Part shown: piece by piece, positions 15,295 through 16,795 of the stretch
How positions within the stretch are numbered: the first letter of the stretch is position 1
How the letters are laid out: each line of letters begins with the position of its first letter
NCBI GenBank assembly: GCA_964014485.1
Contig: CAXHAT010000172.1
Location: forward strand, 1 to 16,795
Length of the DNA stretch: 16,795 bases
Origin: an uncultured Deferribacteres bacterium
GTDB lineage: Bacteria; Zhuqueibacterota; Zhuqueibacteria; Zhuqueibacterales; Geothermadaptataceae
Direction: 5' to 3'
The notes under the pieces: model-generated
What the model saw: the letters and a program-made list of their open reading frames with translations, nothing else
Told to the model about the DNA's origin: nothing
Databases searched by the model: none
Made by a program: the position numbers and the translations under genes

Positions 15295-15778
15295 GGCGGC
15301 AGTCGCTGACGCCGGCCCCTTAATCCATCTTGATGAATTGGATTGGCTGTTTGTTCTTGAAACATTTAATGCAGTTTGGGTGCCTGCGGAAGTCTCGGAA
15401 GAAGCTAGCGCTCATCGTCCGGCATGGCGAACGGCTGCGCCGGACAATGTATTCATCGAATCCGTTCCTGAAAAGGCGCATCTAAACCACCAAGAAAAGA
15501 TAGCCCGCCTTGACAAAGGAGAACGAGCGGCGCTGGCGCTCTGCCAAGAGCGCTCAAACGCACTTTTTCCATGCGATGATTTGCAGGCCAGAATAGTAGC
15601 GGACGAAATGAATATACAGGTCATGGGAAACCTCGGTTTACTGTTGCCCGCCGCTCGATACTCCCTGAGAACAAAAGTGCAAGTTCGCAGCGTTTTAAAA
15701 AAAATCCCCACCCATTCCACCCTTCATCTGAAATCGACTCTTCCGGCAAAAGCAATCAAGGCTCTTCAAGAAAGCTAA
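15281..15778 (+). CDS. PIN-domain protein (DUF3368/VapC-like putative toxin)
   Basis: VADAGPLIHL, VPAEVSEE, LDKGERAALAL, DDLQAR and GNLGLL carry the PIN acidic residues. Confidence 0.85.
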   Translation: MKRFEAAVADAGPLIHLDELDWLFVLETFNAVWVPAEVSEEASAHRPAWRTAAPDNVFIESVPEKAHLNHQEKIARLDKGERAALALCQERSNALFPCDDLQARIVADEMNIQVMGNLGLLLPAARYSLRTKVQVRSVLKKIPTHSTLHLKSTLPAKAIKALQES

Positions 15779-15992
15779 ATCCATTCATTGCGCCTCAAGC
15801 AAACCGTAAAAACGCTGCCTTGCTTTTCTGAACTTTTAACGGACAATTCTTTGAAATATTGGCTGCCCTGGTCGGCCTCGCGAGCATTTTGAAGATGAAG
15901 GCGAGAACAAGTCGACGAAAACCATCCCGCCTCGCGTCGAAAAATCATCTGTTTTAAAAATCTCTCCATTGTTTTTCATGTCGGTTCAGGCT

Positions 15993-16427
15993 CTACACTT
16001 CAATACCCAATTGCGCGAAAATGCCTGGGATTCCGCCATCTTCGGGCACGGCGACTTCGCACTTGGTCACTTGACCGTCGCGGCAGGTGAGGACAATGTC
16101 TTCTTTTGGGTTCTTGAACGATTTATCGGTTGCCGGAATTATGCCTAAGTCCATAAAAATCAAATCCCAATCGTTGGTGTGCGTCCCTTGTATTCGCACC
16201 CAGGCGTTCACTGAATCATCAGAGTGTCCAGCGATCTCAAAATTGTTGTGGTAATCAGGATTTGCAGCGAGAATGTTCTGGCTCCAAACCAGGAATTCTG
16301 CTTTGCTAAGCGGCTCCGGAGCGGGTCCGATCAACTGAAAATCGTCCGAGGTCAAAGCGTCATACGCTTTCCAATCGCCTTCGCGCAGCGCCATTCCCCA
16401 TTTTGTTGCAAGTTCAGCATTGTTCAT
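15993..16427 (-). CDS. SnoaL-like / ester cyclase (NTF2-fold) protein
   Basis: GDWKAYDALTSDDF, ILAANPDY, IQGTHTND, IPATDKSF, RDGQVT. RBS AGGAG 7 nt before the ATG. Confidence 0.82.
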   Translation of the reverse strand: MNNAELATKWGMALREGDWKAYDALTSDDFQLIGPAPEPLSKAEFLVWSQNILAANPDYHNNFEIAGHSDDSVNAWVRIQGTHTNDWDLIFMDLGIIPATDKSFKNPKEDIVLTCRDGQVTKCEVAVPEDGGIPGIFAQLGIEV

Positions 16428-16531
16428 TTTTGATCTCCTGTGTTATGTGAATGAATACGAATGTACAAACTGGATTTTTCCCTTGAAATTCGAACTAACA
16501 CTGCTTCTTTCGACGGGCCGCTAAGTGGGTG

Positions 16532-16570
16532 TTTTTTTTTGACGGGATGAACAGAATCGACCGGATTTTT
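16532..16570. repeat. Degenerate 9-mer tandem repeat (consensus about GACAGGATT) flanked by T-tracts
   Basis: T9, then GACGGGATG AACAGAATC GACCGGATT TTT. Confidence 0.5.
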
Positions 16571-16624
16571 GGCATAAAACCGACATTCCGCACACAAGAA
16601 TTGGAGATGGAAATAATTTCTTTC

Positions 16625-16755
16625 TCTCATTAGCACCGTCCTTCAGGGCGGTGACAAGAGCGTCCTTCACCCTTCTCCCCACCGCGCAAGCGCGGCGGGG
16701 AGAAAAAAAGTGTGATTTTGCCAAAAGCCCGGCTTGAAAGCCGGGGCTAATGAGA
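16625..16755. mobile_element. 131-bp REPIN-like inverted REP doublet with a central hairpin
   Basis: Ends TCTCATTAGC ... GCTAATGAGA (10-bp perfect IR). Left hairpin CACCGTCC-TTCA-GGGCGGTG, right hairpin CCCGGCT-TGAA-AGCCGGG, central hairpin 16673-16704. Confidence 0.75.
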
Positions 16756-16795
16756 TGCAAAATCTCATCAGGCGCAAAAGACGTCTTGCAGCCGA

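Noticed and set aside
69..16433. Numerous antisense or alternate-frame ORFs overlapping the called genes
   Set aside because: They are shadow ORFs of well-supported genes, with no independent motifs.
16673..16710. Rho-independent terminator
   Set aside because: The hairpin is followed by A's on the + strand and by no U-tract on the - strand. It sits inside a REP doublet.
16424..16760. Small minus-strand ORFs of 70 and 79 aa
   Set aside because: They overlap the repeat elements (NPVDSVHPV is the translated nonamer repeat) and have no recognisable domain.

Overview
Bacterial chromosomal window, about 50% GC by eye. The PorZ-like gene ending in a FlgD-Ig tail suggests an FCB-group or related lineage such as KSB1/Calditrichota (inference). 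Left to right: (-) partial murG missed by the ORF track, an L-fucose-dehydrogenase-like SDR and an orphan RbsC-type permease; (+) a probable lipid-related operon of a DUF6206-like kinase-fold protein, an SRPBCC protein and an SCP2 lipid-carrier domain joined in frame to an R2-like ligand-binding Mn/Fe oxidase (R2lox), broken by one TGA at 4244-4246; (+) ribH, porZ-like, recN; (-) lipoprotein sulfatase; (+) S9B/DPP-IV peptidase; (+) RHH + PIN (DUF3368-like) toxin-antitoxin pair; (-) SnoaL-like protein. The most interesting item is the SCP2-R2lox fusion and its operon. The intergenic spaces also hold several distinct REP/REPIN/MITE-like palindromic elements, some nested and some with compensatory base changes. 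All family calls come from motif recognition by eye; no database search was run.
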